Assembly (NCBI GenBank): GCA_030141605.1
Contig: JAQGDQ010000141.1
Location: forward strand, 448,741-512,740
Origin: Tubiluchus corallicola
Lineage: Eukaryota > Animalia > Priapulida
Direction: 5' to 3'
Length of the DNA stretch: 64,000 nucleotides
Shown here: piece after piece, positions 1 through 29,012 of the stretch
How positions within the stretch are numbered: position 1 is the stretch's first letter
How the letters are laid out: each line of letters opens with the position of its first letter
Translations under genes and position numbers: made by a program
The notes under the pieces: model-generated
What the model saw: the letters and a program-made list of their open reading frames with translations, nothing else
The model's database searches: none
Told to the model about the DNA's origin: nothing

Positions 1-960
1 CGAAATACAACAACCTGCAGACACCCTTGCGAAGTATTGATCAAAGTTTAGGCGTTTAGGCTAACAGTGATTTAAATCTGTGGATAACGCTTAGTCTTAT
101 TTGTTGCCTGGTGATTGACTAATAGTTGCACTAAGTACATCACTGTGTTACTTTTAGTGATGGTCATTATCAATATGTCCGTCTCACCACTAGCTACGTT
201 TGACGTCCGCATTATCAAAACTTGTAATGAGCCTGTATAATGGTACTGTGCTGAGAAAATGTAATGAATGTCTTTGCTATGAAGTAAAAATAAGTTTTAG
301 AAAGAATCGCGGATATTGAGGAAAGAATCATTAGCGCCTAACTAGTACAAACAAAACAAAAACAAAAAACAAAAAACCCCAAACTTTGTTAACCATTACA
401 CCACAGAGGTACTCTGACTACTTGAACTTAAAAATTTATTCTCTCTGGAGGTCGGTCAGTGAGGAATTAAGATCCACACTGAATCAAGACCGAGTACAAA
501 ATCGATCGTATAAATGCATGAAAACAATGCCAATTTGGAAAGTCCTAGAAACTTTGCACCTTCACCTGCACAAGGGAGCAAGGGGACTGAATGCATTCTC
601 TTTGCATGCTTGAGAGCAGGTCAGCAGGCATTTAACATGAATTATATGAATGCGCGTAAGTTTGATTTAATCGTGATTTTCGATCATCGGTACAGGGTCA
701 TCCAAAGGTTAGCCATGGCAGTCAAAAGTAATACTACAATACATAGTAATGCTAAATTGTTAAGTCCATTGATTGTCTGTAATATCTATATTTGTTTTTA
801 ATTAATATACTTGTGTTTGATATTAATAACTGTAATTCGTAGATGGAGAAATTGCTTAGAAAGACATGCTTAGTTTATACTTGTACTATCAAATATTAAG
901 TACAAATTTAACCACATAGTTATCAATGTTCTCTAATTTTCTGTTTATATTTTCACATAG

Positions 961-17103
<16,143 letters not shown>

Positions 17104-18152
17104 ACGAATCAGTCAAGTGGTCATAGAGGTGTACAGAATGTGTAATATCCTTTTTTTAATTTGTATCTCATCGCAGTGCCAGTTTTCAACTTGTATTTTT
17201 TATTTACTTTTGTATAAAAGTTTTTTTGTAATTTTTAGAGGTTGCTTAAAGTTTCTTCCGCGTTATTGTATCAAAATCGGTTAGTGATTTGTGTGTCTGC
17301 TCATTGCTTTATTTTTGTTTGCTGACATGTCTAATTAATTACCACTCACGGTTTACTTCATTAATGTTCATTGTAGAGCTTAGCTTATTTTTTTATTTTG
17401 GCATTCTTGTGTAATTACACTTTTGATTTGGTATGTAACAACTGACTGTGAATTGTTTGTTCGTAGTTGAAGAGTAGGCTTTAGTTAAAAATTGGGTTAT
17501 TCATGATGTTGGTTATGCCATTTGTCGTCGTCTAACTACCAGCAACGAATATCATCTCTGAAAATATCTTCCAATTTTTGTTATCATTCCTCTTTGATAA
17601 AGTCACTGCTGAGTGTAAGTTGTCTTGCTCGATGGAAAATGCACACTCCCTCCCTGTAAATGTGTAAATTTATTACATAATATTTTTGTATACCTTGTAT
17701 AAAATACAGTAAATAATGTACCATCAATACTAAAATGTTTTGTATTCATTGTTTTTTATCTGTGCTATGACCGCTGCCATGTGTGGCTGGAGTCGGAGGA
17801 TAGTAGCTGTTTCATATTGCAGAGCTTCTTCGTTTTGTAGTGTACTACCCCTGTTCAAATTGAATTGTAAGCACTTATAAACGCTTCCTGTAGCATTTAG
17901 CAATTGTATCAGTTTCATGGTTTATTTTTGTACTCAGGAAATGTATATATGTGTATAGATATCAAAAAGTGTGGTAGCATCAATTTATACGTCTTAACGT
18001 AGTGTAACAATAATGTAACTTGGTGATGTGCCTGTGCAAGCAAGCAAGCAAATGATGTGTTGTGAATACATACTTGTATATCCAATTGTATATCTGTAAA
18101 AGAAAAGTTTTATGATTTATCCTTCATCACTAGGATAATTAACTGCATTGGA

Positions 18153-18476
18153 CAGGACTGGATTATGACCCTTTGAGGACCCCAGACTAATGAAATTAAG
18201 GAGTCCCTTTCAATGGAGCCACCTTGGTATATTTTAGCAGCATTTACATAGCTTGAAGTAAACTTATTGCAAATTCTTTAAATGAACTAGAATAGCTATC
18301 TTCTTTTGTCAGTTAAAGTATTCTTTAAAAAATACTATTTTACTACTTATCACAAACCAAGTTAGCACATGTTTCGACACAGCTGTAGTGAAAAAATAGA
18401 TTTGTACCAAATGTTGCCAAAGCTTGAGGGACCTCAGGCTGCAGCCTATACTAGCCTATAGGGTAATCCGGGCCTG
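18153..18476. mobile_element. hAT (Tip100-like) MITE
   Basis: TIR caggactggatta / taatccgggcctg; degenerate TSD gcattgga / gcgtagga; shares the agcctataggg subterminal motif with 14576-14977. Confidence 0.65.
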
Positions 18477-18803
18477 GCGTAGGAAACAGTCTCTTTGGAT
18501 GAAAATGCTTTACTGTTTTTGCAAAAAGCTGCCAACTTTGCAAGATAAAACTTTATTCCTCCTGGTAGGTGTACGTGTTTGTTGACAATTATGCTATGTG
18601 AAATTATTGCTACATATAAGTTTGATAGGCCCTACGCATTGTGTAACTGTTTACTATATATATATATGTATGTATGATGTATTTTCTTAATTTTGAAACC
18701 AAAGTAAGCTGCTTTCGTTCATTTGATACACTGTTCCTAGCAATTTGTTTTTGATGAAAGCATTTTGTTTAAATGATTTTTATTTGGTTTCTTTATAAGA
18801 AGC

Positions 18804-19480
18804 TTGAAGGACAAGAAGAAGGGTACCTGAAGTAGGTTTCAGAAAAATCGCCTTAAAAATTATATTACTTTATAGCAATTTATGCGTTTATCTTACACTG
18901 AAAGGAATTTTAGTTTGTTTTCATTTTAAATCTCCCGCAATACTGTTCTGAAGTCGCCATTACATGACGTCATGTGCCAAACGTAAATCAAGGGAAGAAA
19001 GAGCAATGCTGAATTATGTCTCAAAAGGCTTTCCGTGCAAATCTATATTACCTAGATTTTCGCTTACCTGCTAGAAAGACTTATGTAACTAGAAAAGAAA
19101 ATTATTAATTATGTAAAATGTTTTCACCAATTGGTAAAATGTCGCTGACTCACCCTCCAGGGTGCACCACTCACTAACCAAAAAACGTATTTTTAATCTT
19201 ATGGACAAGATACAGCAATTTTAAATTTTATTTACTTAGTGACTTGTGCGCTACGAATGCTCTGATTATTTTTTCAAACTTTACAAACTGTTGTTTCAAA
19301 CGACCTGTCGTGAAAATGGCTGTGTCTAACGGTCATCGCGGGAGTTTAAATTTACATGTTTTACACAGCGTTATTGCCGATTGAAGTCCTGTATGCAAAA
19401 AGGCAGTATGTAAGCGATATAAAATTTCAAAACGAATTTTTCAAGCTTTATGTTTATGAAGGGTTTTCTTGTGCTTTCAA
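18804..19480 (+). mobile_element. MITE family A, copy 2
   Basis: ttgaaggacaagaa...ttcttgtgctttcaa; extensive identity with 1874-2479. Confidence 0.8.
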
Positions 19481-19499
19481 GATTTTGTCTTGTATTAAA

Positions 19500-20060
19500 G
19501 CTTATTTACTGCATTTTATTGATTGATCTAATGTGATTTGTTTTGTTTTTTGATTGAATTTTGTTTGTCGAACTTTCATGATCCTTCATGCAGCTCCTCG
19601 GAATTCGTTCTTTACGTCAAAATATTGATGCAGAGTTTGGCACCTGTAATTGAATGTCTAAACCATTTCAATTTCCTCTACGAATTGCAGCTCAAAATTT
19701 ACCTTCGAAGCAAAAATCGCAGTTAGTTTGAAATCATTCCTTCACAATTCAGAATTGTGAAAAGGAAGGCTTTGCTAAAGTCTCGCATTTCTTATCTTTC
19801 AATCTTACTTTTCAAGGTCATAGAGACCTAGAGCTGTGCCTTCTCAAACGGATTTTGGTTCGTGAAAAAGGAACAAAAGCAGTTTCGAAGCATGCCTATG
19901 GTGAGGTTTAGGAAGACGGGAAAAGAAATCGTCTTCCTGGGGGATAGATAATCCATTGACTATCTTGTGACAGTTGATGAGACCAATGGTATGTTTCCGT
20001 TGCTGGAAAGTTGGTACTGTGAAAAGATCGACATCCTCTGCTAGCCTAATGGTGCTTAAA
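19500..20060 (-). mobile_element. Heavily decayed RTE-like LINE remnant
   Basis: Minus strand reads RKLKWFRH (cf. RTE RRLKWFGH); boundaries approximate. Confidence 0.35.
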
Positions 20061-20074
20061 ATGTAGCGTACTGT

Positions 20075-20940
20075 GACATAGACATAGACATTTTATTTAT
20101 TTCCTCATTTACACCAGAATACAAGAAGACTAATATTGTTAGGGTTATTAATTAAAAAGGATAAATTATGCATAAAGGAAAAAGTTGGGGGTGAGGGGTG
20201 CAGGAGAAAGGGTAGCGAATTGTTGTTGGCATCCTTCTGTCTCGGAAGACAATGGAGTGTGCGCCAAGAGAGTCAGTTATTGATCACATTGATCATGTGC
20301 TGCAGAGTCGACTGTGGCTGAGCAGTGCTATCCTTGAACCACTGGAATGGCCTCTCCAGCGCGCACGCCTGGGCAAGGTGTACGGAGATCCTGAGTTGTC
20401 CAGACAACAGAAACCCCCTCTCTTCCTCCCAAAGGAAAGCGGAGTGATACGTCTGGCACCAGGTTGGTTGCAGGAGCTGCCGGAGTCAGTGAGCATGCTG
20501 CACTGGTCCGCCTTCCACTCCTGATTTGGAAGGTTTACTCCTCTACACATGGCCGTTGGGTCACTTGACCTCCTCCGCCCTCTAGCCATTGGCTGTTTGT
20601 GCAGCTCCTCTGCCTAGTGTCGAGATACAGTGTGGGCATCCCGTGTGTGGTGCGTGCAGCGAACTGTGGTGACCAAACTATTGATATATACTCAAGAAGT
20701 GTATGTACTACGCACACTTGATTTATGAGAACTAAGTGGAAAGATTACGAAGTCTTTCCTGAATGACATACACCATTTAATCATACCAGTAGGTTGATTT
20801 GCGTATGAGATGATGTTGCTCGCGTGCATGAGAACGTTTGAATGATTTTAGCACCAGTAAACATTTACTGCTTGAGGATGTGGTTCATTTTTCCAATAGA
20901 TTTACAGTGTAGTTGAATATATGACGTGATCTGCATTAAA
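20075..20940 (-). mobile_element. 3' fragment of a CR1/L2-group LINE
   Basis: Minus strand CVVHTLLEYISIVWSPQ (cf. VRPILEYASxVWSP); GC-rich 3' region ends in aataaataaa plus an (atgtct)n tail. Confidence 0.55.
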
Positions 20941-21069
20941 CCGTCGTTATCTGATAGCGACTTTAATTGCAATAATATGCGTGGATAGTATTTCCTAAAT
21001 AGGGGATATGTTTCTTAGAATTACGAGTAATAGAGAAGAAATTGAGAACATCAATCGATATCATATTTT

Positions 21070-21960
21070 TCGAGAATCTTACTATCCAAGTTCAGTATGA
21101 AGGAAAGATGAGCAGAGCATTTCTCTCCATGAGGGTGTTTCTCATGGTGACTGATTAAGCCTTGTTCTTTTCACATTTTATCTTGATGTGAAAAGGATGA
21201 TGACTGTATGCCTTGCGAAGAAGTAAAAAATGTGCACATATGTTAATCCCGCTACCGGGCAACCTTCAGACTAGACACGCTAACTGAACATAATTGTGCA
21301 GCATTGCAAGACCTTCAACTTTAATTTCTATTCATTAACGGATGATATCTCTATTACTAGCAACTGACGTCGAAAAACTCATCAAAGTTAAGAAAACAAT
21401 TAGCAGACGTTTAGAGAAATATATCTCAAGTCAGTAATGCAAAGACGAAACAATGCCTGGAGACGACAATTCATGGGAAAGGGCGAATATCTCGGCAGCT
21501 TGTTAGACACGGACGCTAAGCCTCACCGCTGAAAATTTTAGCATTGTCTGCTAACTCAGAACTCACAAAGGTTTTCGAAATAAAGTCTTTGTTTTTAAAC
21601 CTAAAGGTCCGGTCCTTTAAACTTTAGTTGAACCTGTATTTTTGTACAATACTGAGCTATGGATAACAAAAGTTGCGCAACAAAAAGAAATTTATGCTTT
21701 TAAAGGCGTCTGCAGAAAGCTTTTAGGTATCAAATAGCTTGATAAACTATCCAGTGAAGATCTGTATGATGTGGTGAAGAAAGATCTTCAAATGAACAAA
21801 TCCGTATAAGAAGACTGCATTGTATTTAATAGAAATCCACTAATGTTACATTCAGGAATCTCTTCTTCCTATAGCATTACGTAAAGCTCTTGAACCAACA
21901 ATGAACCATAGTGTGTCAATTACTGATTTATATAGATATACCGCAAAAGGATTTAGCAAG
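21070..21960 (+). mobile_element. Decayed RTE-clade LINE reverse transcriptase
   Basis: With stops and frameshifts: GVSHGD*LSLVLFTFYLD, TDDI, VEPVFLYNTELW, LLGIK*LDKLSSEDLY. Confidence 0.7.
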
Positions 21961-23297
21961 TACAACTCTAGATTTTAAGTCTCATATATAAAAGCACCCT
22001 CTGATGGTTAATCCATGTCATGATAGAGAGCTTGCACAGTCCAGTAACTGTCAGTGACGTTAAAGACAGCAACAACAGTGACGTTGACTGACTAACAAGC
22101 CGCCACTTGATAGTATAGCCAAGTCAGCGGCAGTCTGTGGCAGATTCATTACCTTATCGTGGATGTCTCATTCCACTTCCTCAGGGGGCGGAATAAGACC
22201 TGCATTGTGCTGAAAACATGGCACGTGGGTACGTTCCTGGCAAGTTCTGATCCACTTTAAACAAATATTTGCCATTGGCCTTCCTTCCTTCTGATTTCAA
22301 GTCAATAAATCCTTGCAAAGTCGGGACAGTGAGATATTAATGAAATACCACTTGAAATCCGCATTTGTAGAAACTGAAATCGAAGCTGAATCCTCAAAAA
22401 CAAGGCCAAGTTGCGTTCCAACGGACATTGGGCCATCCATAATGCAGCCCAGCATTTTGAAGCCAAAAGGAGAGCAAAAAGTGGCAAGATTTGACAAGTT
22501 CACTCACACCTTCCACTGACTCTCTAAGGCTATCTTTTTCACCAAATGTTTCATGCAAAGATTGGTCTCCAGTGTTCTTAACGTCGTCACCACAGATGCT
22601 GAACAACGTTGGGAGAAACTTGAAAATGTTCGAATTAACATTTGAGCTAAATAGTGTGCATATAAATGTTAAAATGAATACTGCTAAATATATATGAATG
22701 TGTATGTATAATCATGGATGCCGCAAAATGCGGTACAACTCATGATGAACGTTGAGTATGTGTAATAAGCTGTGCAAAGAGACTAATGTTACATTTTTTA
22801 AAATTGTTACAATTAAAATTGCATCTCAAAAAAAACTTTTGTAGAATTTTATTGAATGTGTAATCACCGTATGTTTTAAACCGATCAATGATGTGCTTAT
22901 TTAACGTGTGCCACTATATATTTTGACCCTTTATATATATATATATATTTGAATCAAACTGATATATATTTTGAACTTATATGCTACTATAGACATTTTG
23001 AACATATTATCACTTGTTGAAGTCTATGCATAACTGCTGCTATAAATGGTAATATTTGCTTTAACACTTATAATATTTTGGAATTTATAATCTTTTAATA
23101 TGATCAATATTTTGAGATTGGCATACCCGCGCCAACCTATTCATACATGCATTCAGATGTGTATAATATGCTTTAGTTTAGGTACTGTTATGTATTCATG
23201 ATTGAACTATGTTCATGATTGAAGTCAATGTTCGGTGTATTTAAAGGTATACGATCATCATACTATCCATTGGATGTTTATGCTGAATATTTAATTC

Positions 23298-23753
23298 TGT
23301 CAACGTAAAACCTATGTGAACAACTCAATAACATATGTAGACTTAAATTAGCCAGCCCCAAGACGATAAATTCTTTATTAGAAAGGGAAGAGTAAAAGAG
23401 GACCTGTTAAACGATGTTAAAAGCGTTAGACTATGATAGATAATTATGCTGATGAATGCTGGCATGAAGCCCAGTAAAGGTGTGCTGTCACGTGATCAAG
23501 TGATTCAGAACCGAAGTGTACGCGTCGATGCGTCGAAGCTCTGGGCACGTGATATAAGCCTTGTGATGCGCCCAGCTCAGGAGATTGAGTCTGGGAGCTG
23601 AAGGAGTGCAGGCTAAATCAGGGGGCTTGGCATTACTATCTGTTATATTTATTGTGTTTGATGTTCAATAAACATGTAGTTTTATAATCTGACTCTTCAT
23701 AGTTTTGCCATCCCTGAAACACCAATAATCAGCTATACACAAACAACACAACA
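23298..23753 (+). mobile_element. Candidate solo LTR
   Basis: TGT...ACA ends, flanks aattc / aatta, internal TATA-like gatataag and later aataaa, GC-richer core. The left boundary is uncertain. Confidence 0.4.
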
Positions 23754-24689
23754 AATTATTTTACTCCTGCGATACATTCCACGGGCGATTGTACTGAAAC
23801 CTGGTGTGCATCAAACAGCCAAATAAGATCTCCAACAAAGGTTTTTACAGAAAACCAGCAAAAAAAACGTTTGATTTCCTCAAAAATACGCGAATTCAGT
23901 GGACTGGACGTGGTTCTGTTAGACATCTAGAAAAGTCCGGAAAATACTCTTCAACACATAGAGACCACGAGCGCGTGAGTTTAATTATGATCACCTTCTA
24001 ATAATTTGATAATAATCGAGTCTTCCCTTCAACTCAAAGTGCGGCCCACAAGCTTTCCATTTTCATAAGAGACAAACTTAATTCCACTCCTGATAGCATG
24101 CATACGGTTTCTTGTCCGTCTTGTCTATGGAATACAACAGCCTATTGCATCTAAATATTATTTTTAGCATAATCACCAACATCCATCTGCTCAAGGTGTG
24201 GATTTAAAGCTTCCACTTTCACTGCTTTCCTTAAATCTACTAAGTGGTAACCATCCTCTTTCTCAATTTAATGCCATCTTCCTGTTTCCTGAGCAACCTG
24301 TTCAAATAGTTTTGGTATTAGTATCAAAATCGACCAGTTTAAATTCTTTTTTTTATTAAAGTGTTATCTCCTGTTAGCCACAGTTATATATACACACGCT
24401 ATAGAGAGGAAAATGTGCAGACTTCGTTTTTTTTTGTAGTACAGTATCTTGTTTTTTGAGATGCTACCTTTTGTTGATATTTGTTAAAAATGCGCGGAAT
24501 GGCACGGCGTGGTTTGTGGTGTCTTGTTTTGTTCAAAGACCAAAGTAACAAAGGTCGTGTATGATGTTAATAATGAGCAAAAACACGTTTTTAAGTTGTT
24601 CGTTTTGTAAATAAATGATCTGCAGAGAATCGCAGATTTTCTGTTGACAAAAGTGACTTCCTTTCTGGTCTATGCTAGTTGGGCAATTT

Positions 24690-25310
24690 CAATTCTGGAT
24701 TGGTACTAGACGAATTATGTGCATGACATTAGATTGCAAATTTTCAGCTTTGCCAGTTAAACAGCATCTAGACAATCAATGTTGTATGGATACCATTGGT
24801 AATATAGTTTGTCGTAGAAAGTACATGTGGTTATCATACTGGAGATGTGAAACATTATTTGCTCGACTGCGTTTTTTGCAGCGTCCAGAGAGTAATTGCA
24901 GTGCAATTGTGATAACTTGTATGCTCCTAATGTCGTTCCATTCAACATAAATTTCGTGAATCCATGGCATAAAATTGCCACCATGTTGTCTGACAATGCA
25001 TGACTTAATTATGATCAGATGTTCTTGTATTTAACTTAGTTCAAAACCTTATTTGTGCAACAAAACCTTACTGGTGCTACTAAAAGATTTTCCTCTGGCC
25101 GACCACATTAACATTCCTTTCTCTTACCTCTTATTTTAATCTATCTTTCGTGTTCCTTCGATTTTTTACCTGATTTTTGTTGCTGTATTCGTTTAAGTTA
25201 CAACTATAATTATGCGTTTTGTTTCAATGATGTTGTAAATATCTGAGGCGTATTATCAGTTTAATTGTTGTCCGCAAAAAAGATCATTCTTATTTGAAAA
25301 ATAAAAATAT
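24690..25310 (+). mobile_element. Decayed 3' end of an I/Nimb-like LINE
   Basis: TCGYHTGDVKHYLLDC...R resembles the C-terminal zinc knuckle of ORF2; A-rich tail near 25295. Confidence 0.45.
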
Positions 25311-26629
25311 GTGTTATGTTAAAAAATCTGGCTATACATAATACACCTATATTATTCACAATTCATCTACTACACACCATACCCCATAGATTCCTGGACA
25401 AGTTTTTAGATTCCCGAATTAAGAAGTCTACAAACAACTATTGTCTAATGATTAAATGTACATAATTTCATTGCATTGTAATACTGCGACTTGTCAGCCG
25501 GTGGCGCGTTTCCTGTTTTGTGGATTTCAAAACTTAGAGTTTATAAAAAAAAATGGCGCAATAGTTGACCAAAAGTAACATCAAAAGATACGCCTGTTCT
25601 ATGTATTAATATTTTTAGGTGAGCTAACTTTGTGACATACCCACCAAATACTCGTCGACAAAATTTCATGTTACAAAAGATACGTTACAAAGGTATTTCC
25701 AAAGATTGAAATCAATTTCGAAAAATTTTGAGCAATTCAGTGTGGAATGAATACAAAAGTTAAAAGTCCAATGTGAATATTTCAAAGTTAAGCCATATTT
25801 GTAATAAATGATACATGGCAAACTTGTATACTGAGTCAGTACATTTGACTGCAATTTCCCCAGTTCCTGTTTGTGTAAATAGTGTACAGAGATTTGTTCA
25901 TACACTACACACTTATTTATTTAGATATTTGCAGTATCGCACACTTGCAAATAAATGCCAGAAAAAGTCTTATCTTTACGAAAACTGAAGGAGGCTTGAT
26001 TCTTATCTAGATCCATGCCTACAAACGGATTTATTACAGCAACTCTTTAGCACATGCAAAGACCAGTCATTTCTCTCTTTTTTCTGTGCATTATTCCTTA
26101 ATTATCTTACCGTAATCATCTACAACAACGGCTGATAACATAAATAAGACTGTAAAAACACTTTAATCCTTATCTGATCTTTTTATTAAAACAGATTCAC
26201 AATTCTACGTCTCAGAAATACAAAAAACGTGTTTACGCCATTGTTTCTTTTTACCTACTCCCTTTTATCCTTCCGCTTTACTCTGTATATAGTCCTACTT
26301 GTGAATTCGTTCGCAACAACTCAGTGTGTTGTTTATATTATTTTAATCAGGCGTATGGAATTTGTTTATACTTCACGCTTATTAAAACACTACAGATTTA
26401 CAATCATAGTTCACAACACTTCCATATAACCGATTTATTGAAATAAATTTTCGTTTATCAAAACTGAAGGAAGCGTGATCGTGATCGGGTTAATTTCTAA
26501 AATTCTGACCCCTTATAAAGAACTTTAATTAACCGAATTTATGTTCTACGTTCAGAAAATACAAGTCGTACCTGTTCAAGGATGAAATGTGAACGATCTA
26601 TATGTTCATACTAGTAGTATAAAATATTT

Positions 26630-27010
26630 CCAATACATTGAATACAATGAATACAATACATGAAAGATATTATACATGGTAATATAAAAACCTATGACCA
26701 CTGTGGTTTACCGAAGGGCGCTGATTTTATGACTAGATCGCCGACATGTCATAATGAAAGTAATGTAACAAATCTTAATAGGATCTCCTGTTCTGAGAGT
26801 AAACTTGCTTACATATACATACAAGTTGAAAGAGTATTTACTAAAGATTGTTGACAAGCATGGTGGCTGAAAATTACTCCTGCAGATGTGCGTCTTCTGG
26901 ACTGTGGTCTTAAGTCAGAGGGTAAGACGCAGTGAATTCAACTGAGTCCCCTAAATGCGATAAAGCTGAACTATAAATTTCTGAAGTACAAATGTTAAGT
27001 CTTAATAACC
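26630..27010 (-). mobile_element. LINE 3' remnant with (ATTGT)n-like tail
   Basis: aatacattgaatacaatgaatacaataca tail followed by decayed LINE-like 3' sequence. Confidence 0.35.
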
Positions 27011-28130
27011 TTCTGAAATGCCTAACAAACAACAGCAGTCTAGGAGATTATACCCAGAGGCTTATAATAAGCCTATTTGCGGCGGACTGCATCTTTGCAG
27101 AATCTAGGTAAAGTCACAAGAGAAAAGACAGGAGAAAAGAAATAAGCGTAACCATAACCTTAACCCTAACTCTAACTTCTAATTCTAGCCAAAATTAATT
27201 GTGAATTTTTTTCTGTTATTCATTTTCCTGTGATTTTATTACCGCTCGAGTCTTTGGGGAAACCTGGGCAGTTGAATCATGCATGAACTTTTGATACATA
27301 CGTTAACAGAATTTGCATCTGAAAATTATAAAAAAATGCTATTAAAATGTCCCATTTTGTGCCATTATGTGTATAATTTCCACGTGCCGTAGTTCGTTTT
27401 TAAGCCATCTAAGGAATTATTAAACAAATCGAGCTCTCACGGCTAAATATATTACATGGTCGCAAAATTCAGAAAACAAATGGGCACGATATTCACGAAA
27501 AAAAATGGCAACAAAATTGCCAGTAAAAGTGGCGATGCAATAATTGCAAACTTAAAAAGTTACTTTAGTGTAAGTGTAACAGTTTATTAAAATTGAAGTG
27601 AATATTTGTTAATCCCTTAGCATAATGAGATGAATCATACAGAATTCAATTTATAAAACGATAAATAAAGGCATTTATTGGGTGTTTGTTTGGGCTTTTA
27701 CAGCATGCGGACTTCAAATGGGTAAACTACTCTTATTTAACAACTTCATCAGTATAATGGCTAAACAAGAAAAAACTAGTCCCGAATGCGAAGCATCAGC
27801 TCAGTCGCTTATTTAGTTTTCTTACTGCCTTTCAAATAACCAGCAAAATCCAGCGAGCTTTAACCGCTTTGACTTTTTACATCGCTGTTCGCTACTATGT
27901 AGGCTCGCTTCGGTCAAGATTCAACTTTTCTCTATTCCCTTCATTCTGTCTCACTCACACTCCCTTTCTCTCGTCTTTCTCTTTCTCTCTTATCTCTTTC
28001 ACACCCCTTTCTCTCTCCCTCCACTTCCTCTTCCTCTATATTTTCCTCACTTTTCTTCCTTCTTTTATTTCTCACTATTCACTTTCTTTTTCTCGGTTCC
28101 CCTCTTTTATATATATATATATATATATAA

Positions 28131-28196
28131 ATGTTACTATTTTGATTTCTACGCTTATTGTATATATAATAAGCGTAGAAATCAAAATAGTAACAT
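28131..28196. repeat. 66-nt near-perfect palindrome
   Basis: 29-nt arms atgttactattttgatttctacgcttatt / aataagcgtagaaatcaaaatagtaacat around gtatatat. Confidence 0.9.
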
Positions 28197-28407
28197 CAGT
28201 AATACAAGTCGCACAGAGTACGTATCGCAAGTGGTAACATCCAACAGAAGCAAATCTCCAACACTTGTTCTGCAACTCCTTATATACCAAGTCTGGTCGC
28301 CATGGTAACCAACTGGGAATTTCTTTTCCAGTCCATTGCTATGGTAACCAACAGAGAACTTTCTCCCAAATAACATAACTGACGTAAAGGTCATTGATGT
28401 AAGTAAC

Positions 28408-29012
28408 TTCAAGCAAAACTGGATCTAATCTTAAACTGTAAGTCAAAATAATCTAATTTTTAAAATACTGTTTTTTCCAGAATGTCTTACATGAAAGAAT
28501 TATTACCGCACAACAGTTTCGCCTTTGCGCCACTAGCTCTTCACTGTTACGTGCATTTCGCATTCTCCAGTTAGATGGATACTAGTGCCTGTGTTTCACA
28601 AAAACAGGTGCTGTACCTCTCAGTTCAGATGTGTTCGTTTCTGACGTACTGCGCACGTTCGACTTACATGAGCATGAGCACAGTGGCAAATTTGAAATTT
28701 GAATTTTTATCTTAAAACTTGCCGAGTTTTATTACAACACACTAAAACTCTTACACACCGAATTTTAGTAGCACTGTACTTCAATTTCTCTTTCACAAAC
28801 ACGTGCAACACGCTCGTGGAATATTTTCGCTGTTGAAAATTATATTCGTTTGTGATGTCATCAATACTTGGGCTCAGCCGCCGTTAATTGCGATTTTAAT
28901 CTATTATTTAACTATCAAAACCGCTTTTCCAGTATTATTGATGTTAAAATGTATACTTTTACCGTACTCGAAAATGGGATAGTACATGAAAAATATTCCT
29001 GTCTTCCTTTAA
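28408..29012 (-). mobile_element. TTAA-flanked MITE family C, copy 1
   Basis: Inverted match to 55239-55864 and 38455-39018 (aaaaacaggtgctgtacctctcagttcagatgtg); ends cctgtcttcctttaa. Confidence 0.78.

Noticed and set aside
1-960. Further upstream piwi exon
   Set aside because: No segment with PAZ-like translation and matching splice phase was found; treated as intron.
20136-20717. GC-rich overlapping ORFs as a separate small gene
   Set aside because: Better explained as the 3' part of a minus-strand LINE (LEYxxxVWSP motif, microsatellite tail).
27869-28237. 122-aa hydrophobic ORF
   Set aside because: Derived from a CT-rich tract, (TA)n and a palindrome; low complexity.
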